DNA of 59,890 bases, the filler included, from Trypethelium eluteriae (Eukaryota), in NCBI GenBank assembly GCA_051942245.1. It is 3 parts of 3 records of this genome, joined end to end, with 100 filler letters (N's around TTAATTAATTAA, not from the genome) between each part and the next. Parts side by side here need not be neighbours in the genome. Positions count along the whole stretch, not along the records: positions 1 to 19,924 come from JAVECL010000510.1; positions 20,025 to 39,938 come from JAVECL010000511.1; 1 more part is not named here. The stretch is one strand, 5' to 3'. Shown piece by piece: positions 10,787 to 20,905 of the stretch. Below the pieces are notes generated by a model. It searched no databases. It saw only the letters and a list, made by a program, of their open reading frames with translations, and had not been told where the DNA came from. How positions within the stretch are numbered: the stretch's first letter is position 1; the number at the start of each line of letters is the position of its first letter. A program made the translations under genes and the position numbers.

Positions 10787-13021
10787 ATGACAGACGAGTC
10801 ATCCGTGGCAGAAAGCCAGGGGTATCAAAACACGTTAGACTTTGCAGATTTCCCTCCAATATTTGTACTGCCGACTCATATGAATGAGAATGACGTTGAA
10901 TCTCTCGTTGACAAATTGGAAAGGCTACAAGCTCCTCATACGTATGATGTAGCTGAAGCCAAGCTCATTCTCGGCCGCGTTACGAAAAAGCGAAGAGCAG
11001 AGTATGAACTACGATGCAGAAAGTTATGGACTAAAGAAGTCGAAAAGGACGCTTTCGACATCGATAGTCGTATGGACGTCCTGGACCAGCCGCCAAAAAG
11101 GAGGAAAACCGAGAACTCAATGTCCAAAATAGGAGACACAGACGTTGCAATAGTTATCGAAGACTCCAGTACCGAAAGTGAGATCGAGGTCGAAGTAAGA
11201 GCTCAACAAGAGCCCACCACCAGGGAACCAGTATTACGAGCCTCCCCAGCTGTTGATGATTCGAGCACGGAAAGTGAGCAGGGGGAAGAACCGATTTCTG
11301 AGCCAATGAAAGGGAGTTCAGACGCACGGTCTTCAACGCCCAATCCAGCATCAAAAGCTGCCCAAGCGATATCTCCACCACGGCTTGCTGTGGAGGATCT
11401 TTCGGATACTGTAAAAGTCATCAAAACGGAGTGGCTCGACGACTCGCTGAGATCGAAACATTTTCTTCCCCTTGATAGCTACATGATCTATGAAGGAAGA
11501 CCCATTGCACGCCCGGCCAATGCCATTCCACCATATCCACAAGATCAACCGAAGCCAGTGATCAGGCTTCCGCCTGCGAGATCCCACTCATCCGTCCAGG
11601 TGAACGAAGCTGACATTCCCGAAGCGAACAAGGCGATTCTTGAGAGAGCGAAAGCTGACATGGAAGCCAAACTGGCAAAGCGAAATGGAGGACGTTTTGG
11701 TCCGAAACAGCAATTCCAAGACAAGACGTTCTCATCTTCCACCCAATCCGATCGTCATCGAGCTGGTCAACTAGCAACACAGGCCACTCAATTACTACAC
11801 CAAACAACTTCCGAACATGACTCTGGCGACTCGTCCGAACTACCCGAGATGCCCGATTGGGTCAAGCAGAACCTCAAATACGCGTGTGAACGTTCAACAC
11901 CCAGCGACCCCCCCAACCAAGCCTTCATCGCGGAGCTGAAAAAGATCCGCCTCGCGCGCCTCCTCACCGCCGACGAAATCGGCGTACGCGCCTACAGCAC
12001 GAGCATCGCCTCCCTCGCCGCCTACCCCCACCGCCTCACCTCGCCACGCGAGATCCTCCAGCTCCCGGGCTGCGACACGAAGATCGCGAATCTCTGGGTC
12101 GAATACCGCAACAGCGAGCAGGGCGCCCTCTCCGCCGCCACCGACGCCGAGCACGACCCGACGCTCCGCGTGCTGCGCCTCTTCCACGACATCTGGGGCG
12201 TCGGCGCCACGACCGCGCGCGAGTTCCACTACGACCGCGGCTGGCGCGATCTCGACGACGTCGTTGAATACGGCTGGCAGATGCTCAACCGTGAGCAGCA
12301 GATCGGCGTCAAGTTCTACGCGGAGCTGCTGCAGCCGATTCCGCGCGACGAGGTCGCTGCCATCGCGTCTGTGGTCCATGCGCATGGCGTCCGTGTGCGC
12401 GACGACCGCGTCCAGAGCCTGGTGGTTGGGGGATACCGGCGGGGCAAGGAGGGTTCGGGCGACGTGGATGTTATATTGTCGCATCCGGAGCCGCGGCAGA
12501 CGCTGAGGCTGGCGCATGATGTGGTGGCGAGCTTGGAGGGGGAGGGCTGGGTGACGCATACGTTGCAGGTTCGGCTGACGAATTCGCAGCGCGGCCAGAG
12601 TACGCTGCCGTTTCGGACGGCGGGTGGTGGGCATGGCTTCGATTCCCTGGATAAGGCGCTCGTGATGTGGCAGGATCCGGAGTGGCCTGGGAAGGCGGAG
12701 GAGCTGGCGAAGGATTCGAGGGCGAAGAATCCCAATTTGCATCGGCGTGTGGATATCATTGTCTCGCCCTGGCGGACGGTTGGGTGTGCGGTGATGGGGT
12801 GGAGTGGGGGAACGACGTTTCAGCGTGATTTAAGACGATATGCAAAGAACGTGAAGGGATGGAAATTTGATAGTAGTGGGGTGAGAGATCGACGCTCAGG
12901 GCGTGTGGTCGATTTGGAGGGAAAAGATGGCGTGGCAGAAAGTATGGAAGAGGCGGAAAGGAAGGTTTTTGAGGGTCTAGGATTAGTTTATCGGGAACCA
13001 TGGGAGAGATGTACTGGATAG
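10787..13021 (+). CDS. DNA polymerase X family, Pol mu/TdT-like, with N-terminal BRCT-like region (744 aa, no intron)
   Basis: HhH motif DIWGVGATTARE, GGYRRGK, catalytic GDVD and RRVDII, and MGWSGG (GW as in Pol mu/TdT rather than YF of Pol beta/lambda). Confidence 0.9.
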   Translation: MTDESSVAESQGYQNTLDFADFPPIFVLPTHMNENDVESLVDKLERLQAPHTYDVAEAKLILGRVTKKRRAEYELRCRKLWTKEVEKDAFDIDSRMDVLDQPPKRRKTENSMSKIGDTDVAIVIEDSSTESEIEVEVRAQQEPTTREPVLRASPAVDDSSTESEQGEEPISEPMKGSSDARSSTPNPASKAAQAISPPRLAVEDLSDTVKVIKTEWLDDSLRSKHFLPLDSYMIYEGRPIARPANAIPPYPQDQPKPVIRLPPARSHSSVQVNEADIPEANKAILERAKADMEAKLAKRNGGRFGPKQQFQDKTFSSSTQSDRHRAGQLATQATQLLHQTTSEHDSGDSSELPEMPDWVKQNLKYACERSTPSDPPNQAFIAELKKIRLARLLTADEIGVRAYSTSIASLAAYPHRLTSPREILQLPGCDTKIANLWVEYRNSEQGALSAATDAEHDPTLRVLRLFHDIWGVGATTAREFHYDRGWRDLDDVVEYGWQMLNREQQIGVKFYAELLQPIPRDEVAAIASVVHAHGVRVRDDRVQSLVVGGYRRGKEGSGDVDVILSHPEPRQTLRLAHDVVASLEGEGWVTHTLQVRLTNSQRGQSTLPFRTAGGGHGFDSLDKALVMWQDPEWPGKAEELAKDSRAKNPNLHRRVDIIVSPWRTVGCAVMGWSGGTTFQRDLRRYAKNVKGWKFDSSGVRDRRSGRVVDLEGKDGVAESMEEAERKVFEGLGLVYREPWERCTG

Positions 13022-13827
13022 GTCTACGCGGCTTGGATGATGAGGGAGAGTTGGAGATGGACGTGAAAGAGTAGTGGTTTTGTCTGGATTGTGGAATAGG
13101 AAGAGCTCGCCCAGGAATCGATGAATCTGTTCGCCGTCCTCGTATGGAATCGACATGAAATAGCCCTGGCCTTCGTCCACTTCAACGCCGTTTCAGAGCA
13201 CTGGCTGGTCATAATCTGCAAATCAGTATGGTGATGAGTGCGGTAAGGAACCAACGTCGCCGACTTATCCACTCTCCTAGATCGTGCCCGTTTCCTCCGA
13301 CGGTTAAGAAGAAACGCTTACACGGTGGCTTGGTAGGTGAAGCTCTCAAATGATCCAATTCGACAGGCGGCCGACGATTTCACCTGGAAACCAACGACTA
13401 CTTTGCTATAGCTGCAATCTGAAAGATTCCTACAGAGTCCCAACCGGATGCACTTAATTTTAGAACCATGTTTTCTAGGACCTACACTGGGTTGTCACAT
13501 TCTGGGATACGAATTCACGGTCAAATGCCGAGACAGCGACCTTAGGTTTCTGGGTTCGCGAACATCGGCCTTTGCTGAAGCCGAACGACTGCACTGTGAC
13601 CCAGCTTTTGATGAAGAGGCGCTTTTCTTTATTGCATAGGAGCGGAAGGAGTGGCAGTTAGCATTGCGACGGAGACAATGGAACTTCGGTGTGCGATTCA
13701 TTGTGCGTAGGATGTTTCGGAAGAAGTGGCAATGTCAGTCACTGGAGCGGTGCGCTTAAGCACGGCCTAAAAGCAAAGTAAAACAACAACAAAATAAAGA
13801 AGAAAAAAACATTGAGAAAATAAATTT

Positions 13828-13899
13828 AGGGCGAAACCAGTGGCCACACATCTCCAAGGCGAAACCAGCTGCCATACATCTTGAAGGCGAAAACCAGTG
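13828..13899. repeat. Degenerate tandem repeat, ~28-29 bp unit x2.5 (AGGCGAAACCAG...CATCT)
   Basis: agggcgaaaccagtggccacacatctcca / aggcgaaaccagctgccatacatcttga / aggcgaaaaccagtg, immediately after an A-rich tract. Confidence 0.75.
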
Positions 13900-14355
13900 T
13901 ACAAGAATCGAAGGTTGCAGCGTTCCTATTCACCGCCGTGGATTCGGTCCATGAAGGTTTTATACATGCTTTGCACGCCCAGGGCCTGTGGGAAAAATAC
14001 AAAGAACGGACCTATATCTCCTCCAGGACTCGCTCTTGAGATTTCTGCCTGATGATTGACGTTATCGTCCATATGGCGAAGGATATTGATATGACGCTTA
14101 GAAGAGAGATTTCTGATGATTCATAATAGCTAGTGGCAATCATTAGACGTGGAGGTATCATCGGTCACAGAGAACCGCTAGAGTAGTAGCGAGCAAGCTC
14201 AACGCAGTCCGCTGAAGGAAAAGCTGTACGAGTCTTGACTACCCGCCTATCCTCAGCATAGATTCCATCCGATACGGAGTGCTAATTAGTAAACCTTGTT
14301 GAGTGCCGGCCCTTCATAATTTCTGCTGAGGATAAAATAGTCGACTGTCCCGTCA

Positions 14356-15335
14356 CTACAATGTAAAGCTGTCGAGCTGCTTCTCTGTCCAAGCCCAAAG
14401 TCTCTCCCGTAAGTCATCGTTATCTGTGTTCTTGATCGGTTTGGCTAGCTGTCCCACTGGGTCGTAGAGAGCACCATTTAGAGGTATATTCTTCTTTGGT
14501 GTTGTAGCCGCCCATAGTTGATTGTAAGCCCCCTCCTCTGGTGAAACCATGCACTTGCCTCGAAGCCATGTTGTCACCACAATAAACACCCTCATAAGCC
14601 ACCCCTGCTCTGTATAGAGCTCGGTCTTTGCTATTCCTGGATTAATAGAAGCACACCTAAGCTGCGGGTATCGACGCGAGAGCTCGTCGGCATAGAGGAT
14701 GTTTGCTAACTTGCTTTGTCCGTAGCGCTGAGGCTTACCGCCGAAACCAAGGTCTTGGGTTGTGCGAAGCGTGTCGAATTGAATGCCCTCTTTTGGTACA
14801 AACCCAGCGGCTGGCGAGGCTAGAATTATGACCCTGGCGTCGGAGTACTGCTGTGCTGTCTTCAAGAGAAGTGGTAGCAAGAGCTTGATCAGCAGGGCAT
14901 GACCAAGGTGATTGGTGGCAAACTGAATTTCATAGCCATCTTTGCTCTGGGCCATTGGGAGCGCTACGATTCCGCCATTGCACATAAGGATGTCGAGTCG
15001 TTGAGATTCCGATATAACTCGCCTGGCGGCCTCCATAACGGAGTGGAGCGAGCTCAAATCGAACTCTAAAATGCTGGTCGGAGCACCTGGGATACGCTTT
15101 TCGATATCCTTGACGGCAGCCTGAGCTTTCGAGACATTCCGTGCAGCTAGGTAGATCTTGTTTGGTTTATGTTTGGCTAGAGCGACAATTGTTTCCTTGC
15201 CTAAACCGGAATTTCCTGAGCAAGATTAGTAGATTTAATCCGACAGTAATTCGCATGTTTACCTCCGGTCACGAGAATAACTTTGCCAGATAGGTCAGGA
15301 ATGTCATCGATAGGGTTGTATTTTTCTCTTGACAT
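14356..15335 (-). CDS. Short-chain dehydrogenase/reductase (retinol dehydrogenase/WWOX-like), 310 aa; exons 15335-15263, 15215-14356
   Basis: Spliced Rossmann motif VTGG|NSGLG, NGG, TNHLGH, catalytic YGQSK; 47-nt intron GTAAAC...CTAAT...CAG. Confidence 0.9.
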
Positions 15336-18300
15336 TGTGAGTTAGACAGAAACGGTATAGAAATTGGAGGATAATATGAAGCTAGCTGAGCGACTGGAAA
15401 TAGCAAGAGAATTTGGAAGAGCACAACAATATGCCCTTTTACTTGATGCATTCGTGGTCGGGATGTCTATCGTGTTCCCTGTAAGAACTCCACGGCTCAT
15501 GAAATAGCCGCAGCCGGCTATATCTGAGGGTTGTGTAGCAAAGTTTGTAGGACTTCGGCACTCACTGCCCAAATCAGTCCGAGGTAACAATTGTAAATAC
15601 CGATAGGGCTGCTATAAGGGAGAGACTACTGTAGTTAAGGTAGGTGTTGGGGCACAAATCAAGGCGAACCTTGGCCAAAAGTTGATGGAGAAATTGGGAC
15701 GTACATAACGAATTACAAAGATGAAACCTTAGTAGATGATACTTGGACAATCTAGCAGTTGGTGATAGTTAGAAATATGAGAGAGCACAACGAACCAATA
15801 GTTTCGCACACAAACAATCCTAAATTTTTAGAACAAAAGCGTGTAGCCTCTCGTAAGGGTTGGATAGGCATACTACGCATAGAAACCTGGTGTGAGTTGG
15901 ATTCTCGATCCGACAATTGCAAGTCTAGCTTGCGGGGGCGACTCACTTTGGCCGAACTGGGCGAAAGCACGGGTCGTCCGCGATCGAACTTTGCTTGAGA
16001 GAATACATGGTATACCCAGTTTCTGACTGCCAAAGCCTGGATTTTGAGCAAGCTCCACAGCGTCGGATACCGGTCGCATGAAGATAACGGCAGAACGCAA
16101 GATTAGGTTTAGTCTTTCCGGAGTCTGGGATGTGAAGGGCCGTTCAACAGCTGGGGAGCATTGTCGACGGACCAAAACAAGCCAATCTCGGAAATATGTT
16201 CGTAGAGCAAGGCCTCGAGGTGTCAATCTCCTAATTCCCGTTCTCATCGCGTAGGGTGTGACGATAAGAGTGTGAGAGATTCTCCGGCTAAAAATGCAAG
16301 ATGCTCTCATCTGCCCGGTTAATTAGGGTTCACGATCGCCACAACGGCCGCTATCGCATTTCTTGACGGCCCCTAGCCCAAAAGGTCCAACGGCAATTAA
16401 TCTAATGCCGAAGTCAAGTTGAACAGCGAACAGAGTCGCTTGCAGCCGTGGATCGAGCCCGCATATTTCTGTGTAGAACATTTCACAGTGTCGCCTCGAT
16501 CCCTTGATCTTGCGCTCGATCTGCCGGAATGGTCTGAATTGTTGGAATTTTTTGGACTTCATTCATCGACCACGGGAAGGGTCGCTTCTGGCATTTTTTC
16601 GGGATTTGTTTCCTTTTTTTCCCCTCAAGCTGTGAGGCTCAGGAATGCGTCTCTGCATCCAATGATAGACGCACCTACCATCTTCCGTTAACAACATCTT
16701 GGACCCAAGTCGACTCTCTTGATTCTGTCCGCGAGTATCCGTTTGGGAAGCTCTTCTAGTCTAACAAACGTATTGGGGAGTTCACCTTCGGTAACCGGTA
16801 TGCGCCCTTCCATTTCTAGACTGAGCTTCAAACGTGGTACTGGTCGCGAGTAGAGATAAGCAACATGAAGGCGTTGGGTACCTTGTGATTGAAAAATTCT
16901 GCATGGCTACAGACAGGCGTACGAGTGAGCCCTCTCGTTTTACGCATGGTATCGGCCTGTCCTTATGAGGGTTGGATTGCGACCTGTCGACATTCGAATA
17001 CCCAAGTTCTCGCAAGCTAGAACACCAACGCGTGATTCAGTTGTCCATTCTCAGCTTTGTAAAATATGCCTCTGTGGAACGAAATCCAATCATTCGGTGA
17101 ACAAAATTCTTGAGATACGGTATTGGTGATTCAGGAAAACTCGGAAATATGAAGACGAAAACAACAGAAAGCACCAAGGAAGTTAAGGACGTTGCGATCT
17201 CCAAGTGCAGCTGGATTTAGTATCTCTTAGAATCGGGTCTTGTTTTTGAGAGAATTTTGCATGCGAGTTTGGAAAGTGCATCTTAATTCATGACATGACT
17301 GTGAGATAACCTTTCTCTGCGCATACGTAGATTCAGAGAGCATGATCAAATGGTGCAAGAAAGGAAAGGATTGAAGCTTTAATGTCAACTCACTGAATGA
17401 ATCATACCATTCCAAAGATGTTTGGAACCGCAAGGGCATACATTGGACCAACTCAAGAATCTTTGCGTTTAGATAAGTAAGCTCCACAAGCGCCCCGCGT
17501 GCAAGACATAACAGACGAAAAATATATGAGAAATCCTCGCTATGCAATTTCTGATATCACTTTCTTTTTCGCAATCTTTCTCGGCCAGTCGGTGTACTGA
17601 AGCCAGAAGCCAGAAGCCAGAACCTGCCCGTGAGATCATCCGGAAGTTGAGATTTGGGAGCGTGTCGTGTCCATCAAAGGCTTGTTCAGTAGCTGGAGAC
17701 TCTATGGGATGATTTGGGTGGGTCGATGCTCATCCTAGGCAAATTCTTCGAGTTCATTTGTTTGATGCCAAGGCACACGATTCATCAATCTTTCCAAGCG
17801 TTAGACCATCGGGATTGCCAGTTCAGAGGAGCAATGGAAAGAAATGGAGAAATAACAGGACTTCAAAATACAACAACAACCTACCTAATGCAAAAGAGTG
17901 CGTGAGGAGGAGGTCAGCACTAGTGTCGCGTGCCGTGCGTGACTCGGTCTCGGTCTCGGTCCCATTTGTTCAGGGTCTTCAGAAGCAGAAAACTCACAAC
18001 ACAGAGTACATGATACCAAGCGACTGAATGGTAAGATCAAAGAGACCGTAGCTTTCGGCTCGCGTGGCTGAAGGATCTCTCTACGAAAGCAAGGACAACA
18101 ACAGTTCAGCCACCGGATCTCATCTCACATACGGCTTTCTCCCATGACCAAGCTCATCAATATCACTCACAAACTTCGTAGACCGACCTTTGAACGGCAG
18201 GGACAAGCCTTCATGAAGGTAACACCATAGCACGGAGTACCTGGATATAGGTACAACGTAAGATAGTGTAACTAATTAAGTGGATTACTCTAAAAGTGAG

Positions 18301-19019
18301 ATTTTGGCCACCGGATGTCATGCGGGCCGCTTCCTCCAGGGTTTGACTCGTGCTAAACAACCTCCATCCTTCTTCCCCTCATCCACACACAAGCCATTCC
18401 GAACCGTCTCCACATTGACCGTAGGCTAGACGCGGTGAGACTTCGACGGTACTCTTCCTTCTGTTTGCAAGCTAAGTGTGGTTGTAATACGTGAAGGTCC
18501 GTAGTTCGATCTATTAGCCCATCAGCATTAGGTGAGTACCCACAGCTATTTGAAACATAGGGTAGTCGTACAAGGCGTGCAATGCGGCTCTCAAGTCGTC
18601 AATCGAGCGGCACCAATATGCAAAGCCACTTGCAAGGAAGATTATACAGGGCTCTTGCACCGTTTGTGTCCAATCCTACAACCATGTAGCGAGCCGCTCA
18701 TCCGGCACACGGGCACATCGAGACCGACCACTTTCCAATAGCAGACTTTCTCTATCATTCACCATATTGTTAGATTGAAGCCGTCGCCCCCATGACTGCG
18801 GCAAGGGAAGCTACCCCTCCCTACCCTCCCGGGGTTACGGTGGCAGCACGCGACGTTCCACTTTACTCTACACGTTTTGATTCTCAACATATAACTTTCG
18901 CTACAGGCCTGTCTCCTTTTGAATTGCCTCACTGCCTAAACCCTTCGAAGCAATTTGCTCCTGTATCTTCGAAATCTCTCTATTAGCTTTCTTTAGACCT
19001 TCGCCTCACATTCCTCGAC

Positions 19020-19828
19020 ATGGGGGGAGACAAACCCTGGCCGGAGGTTCCTGTGGGAAATAAAGACCATACCAGTGCGGCGGTTGTCATTGTAGGTGCC
19101 GGCATCTCAGGTGAGCAGTTACCAGCGCGATATAGCTCGAGCTTTCCCTTTTCGCAACTTCGAGTGGGCTCATACAAGATATCGCAGGCATGTGCATGGC
19201 AATTGATCTCATCAAACGCAACAATTGCCGCAATTTCATAATCATTGAAAAGAGTACCGGGGTCGGGGGCACATGGAATGATAATCGATATCCAGGCTGC
19301 TGTTGTGATGGTAGGCTATGTGCGCTGAGCAGAGCGTATGTTGATATGCTAAGAAGCATTGTAGTGTGGAGCCTGCTATACAGCTATTCCTTCGAGCAAA
19401 AGCCAGATTGGACCCGGGAATATCCTGGTCAAGAGGAGATATTAGTGAGTCGAACAGCTTATAATGGTCGATTTCAATCCGGAGTTGGTGTGCTTATTCA
19501 ATCATCTAGCAATACCTCATGACCGTTGCTCAAAAATACAACCTATACCAACACATTCGATTTAACACGACCGTCGACGAAGCGCGTTGGGACGACGAAG
19601 AGAAGAAATGGAAGACCGCTGTCTCCGTCAGCGGTGCCAAAGACGCCGAATTCTGTCCAAAGTACACCATCACATCCGATTTCTTTGTGTCCGCGGTTGG
19701 CCAGCTGAACGTCCCCCGATACCCAATTATCGAAGGACTCGATTCATTCAAAGGCAAAACTATGCATTCCGCCCGCTGGGACTGGAGCTACCCCCTCGAA
19801 GGCAAACGAATTGCCATCATCGGAACTG
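19020..19828 (+). CDS. Baeyer-Villiger/flavin monooxygenase, 5' part (cut by spacer); exons 19020-19110, 19188-19310, 19365-19444, 19510-19828
   Basis: FAD motif IVGAGISG, GGTWNDNRYPGCCCD, BVMO fingerprint FKGKTMHSARW, second Rossmann start IAIIGTG; canonical splice sites. Confidence 0.9.
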
Positions 19829-19924
19829 GTGAGTACTGAACACCTCTCATCGCCATCCCTGTCCCCATCCCATTCCTTTCCAAGACCCCCCAAAATCCTC
19901 CTCACTCACCTACTGACCCTCTCC

Positions 19925-20024
19925 NNNNNNNNNNNNNNNNNNNNNNNNNNNNNNNNNNNNNNNNNNNNTTAATTAATTAANNNNNNNNNNNNNNNNNNNN
20001 NNNNNNNNNNNNNNNNNNNNNNNN
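19925..20024. other. Artificial contig-joining spacer N44-TTAATTAATTAA-N44
   Basis: Exactly 100 bp with a palindromic 12-mer giving stops in all six frames; identical to the spacer at 39939; different genes are truncated on each side. Confidence 0.97.
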
Positions 20025-20402
20025 CCCACGCTTCTCTCCCTCTTCGTCCACGATCAAACCTCCCGCCGCGCCCTCTACATGCCCACCGCTGCCGCCACTT
20101 CTGCATCCTCCTCCTCAAGCACCGCCAGCACCGCCATCAACTTCCAAGCTGCGTGCTTCTGTCATCGGCGCACGGTGACCATCGGCTACGTCTGCAGCAT
20201 CTGCCTCAGTATCTTCTGCGAGGAGTGCGGCGTCGTGCGGGATGGTGTGTGCTTAACGTGTGGGACGCGGTTGCGGCTGGGCAGGTACGGGCGGGAGCCA
20301 AAAGTGGTGGCAGGGAGGAAGAAGAAGAAGAGAGGAGGGGAGGGGGAAGGGGGCACAGCAAGCGGGAGTGGGACGCCGTTGGCTACGCCTGGTTTGGGTT
20401 GA
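20025..20402 (+). CDS. TFB4: C-terminal part of TFIIH subunit Tfb4/p34 (5' truncated)
   Basis: FQAACFCH...IGYVCSICLSIFCE...CLTCGT zinc-finger signature; frame open from the spacer. Confidence 0.85.
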   Translation, partial: PTLLSLFVHDQTSRRALYMPTAAATSASSSSSTASTAINFQAACFCHRRTVTIGYVCSICLSIFCEECGVVRDGVCLTCGTRLRLGRYGREPKVVAGRKKKKRGGEGEGGTASGSGTPLATPGLG

Positions 20403-20905
20403 GAGTAGGAGCATCATATGGGTAGATTCGAGGGACGACTGTTTGACTCGGGATGGTCTATCGACGGAGGAGCTGGATGCAATAGATCCAATGATTCCCA
20501 GGACATGGGACAGCGGACGTGTTTTACGATACAAGCGACAAGGTAGGAAGGAAATGACAGATTTCTTCGATTTTCAGGTACCTAGGCGAGGAAAGCGCTT
20601 AATGCGGAATGCCCAGACGAATAGAGCAACAGAAGCAGGTGGGGTATATCCTTCGCACACCTGTGTATCCATTCCTTCCGAAGATTATGAATGTTACACC
20701 CAGCAATGCAATCATCATATCGAAACCAGCAGATCTTGGAAAGACGCTCAGAAAAGCACATCTATTACTACTTGCCGATGAAGAGGAGCGACGGACTGAG
20801 GGATCTTGATGGTGATGGAATTGAACAGAACCAAGAACTGGAAAAGGAACAGAGGCCTACCCGATTGGATGTATGGAGTGAAGGGTATTAAGAGGCTCGA
20901 GGCGG

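Noticed and set aside
11894..12742. 282-aa antisense ORF within Pol X (and similar shadow ORFs in TFB4, striatin, SNT1 and the AT-hook gene)
   Set aside because: Explained by stop-codon depletion in GC-rich, skewed coding sequence.
13828..13899. Repeat-spacer pattern as a CRISPR array
   Set aside because: Eukaryotic context, units too short, intervening sequences resemble each other, and no cas genes.
16323..16330. TTAGGGTT (also near 26964) as telomere repeat or telomerase RNA template
   Set aside because: Single short match, not tandem, and expected by chance.
18480..18525. tRNA-like fragment TGTAATACGTGAAGGTCCGTAGTTCGATCT
   Set aside because: The T-stem does not pair, the B box is imperfect, and no D-arm or acceptor stem could be built. 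At most a decayed relic; tRNAscan-SE would settle it.
15400..18990. Several 60-145 aa ORFs in the long SDR-BVMO intergenic region, possibly a decayed gene or transposon
   Set aside because: No recognisable motifs in the frames examined, no coherent splice model and no terminal repeats found by eye.
19969..19980. TTAATTAATTAA palindrome (also 39983-39994) as a biological site or piggyBac-type TTAA target
   Set aside because: Centred in identical 100-bp N spacers; it is a six-frame stop linker added when contigs were concatenated.
19020..20402. BVMO and TFB4 fragments as one fused gene, or a cluster spanning the spacer
   Set aside because: They lie on different contigs joined artificially.
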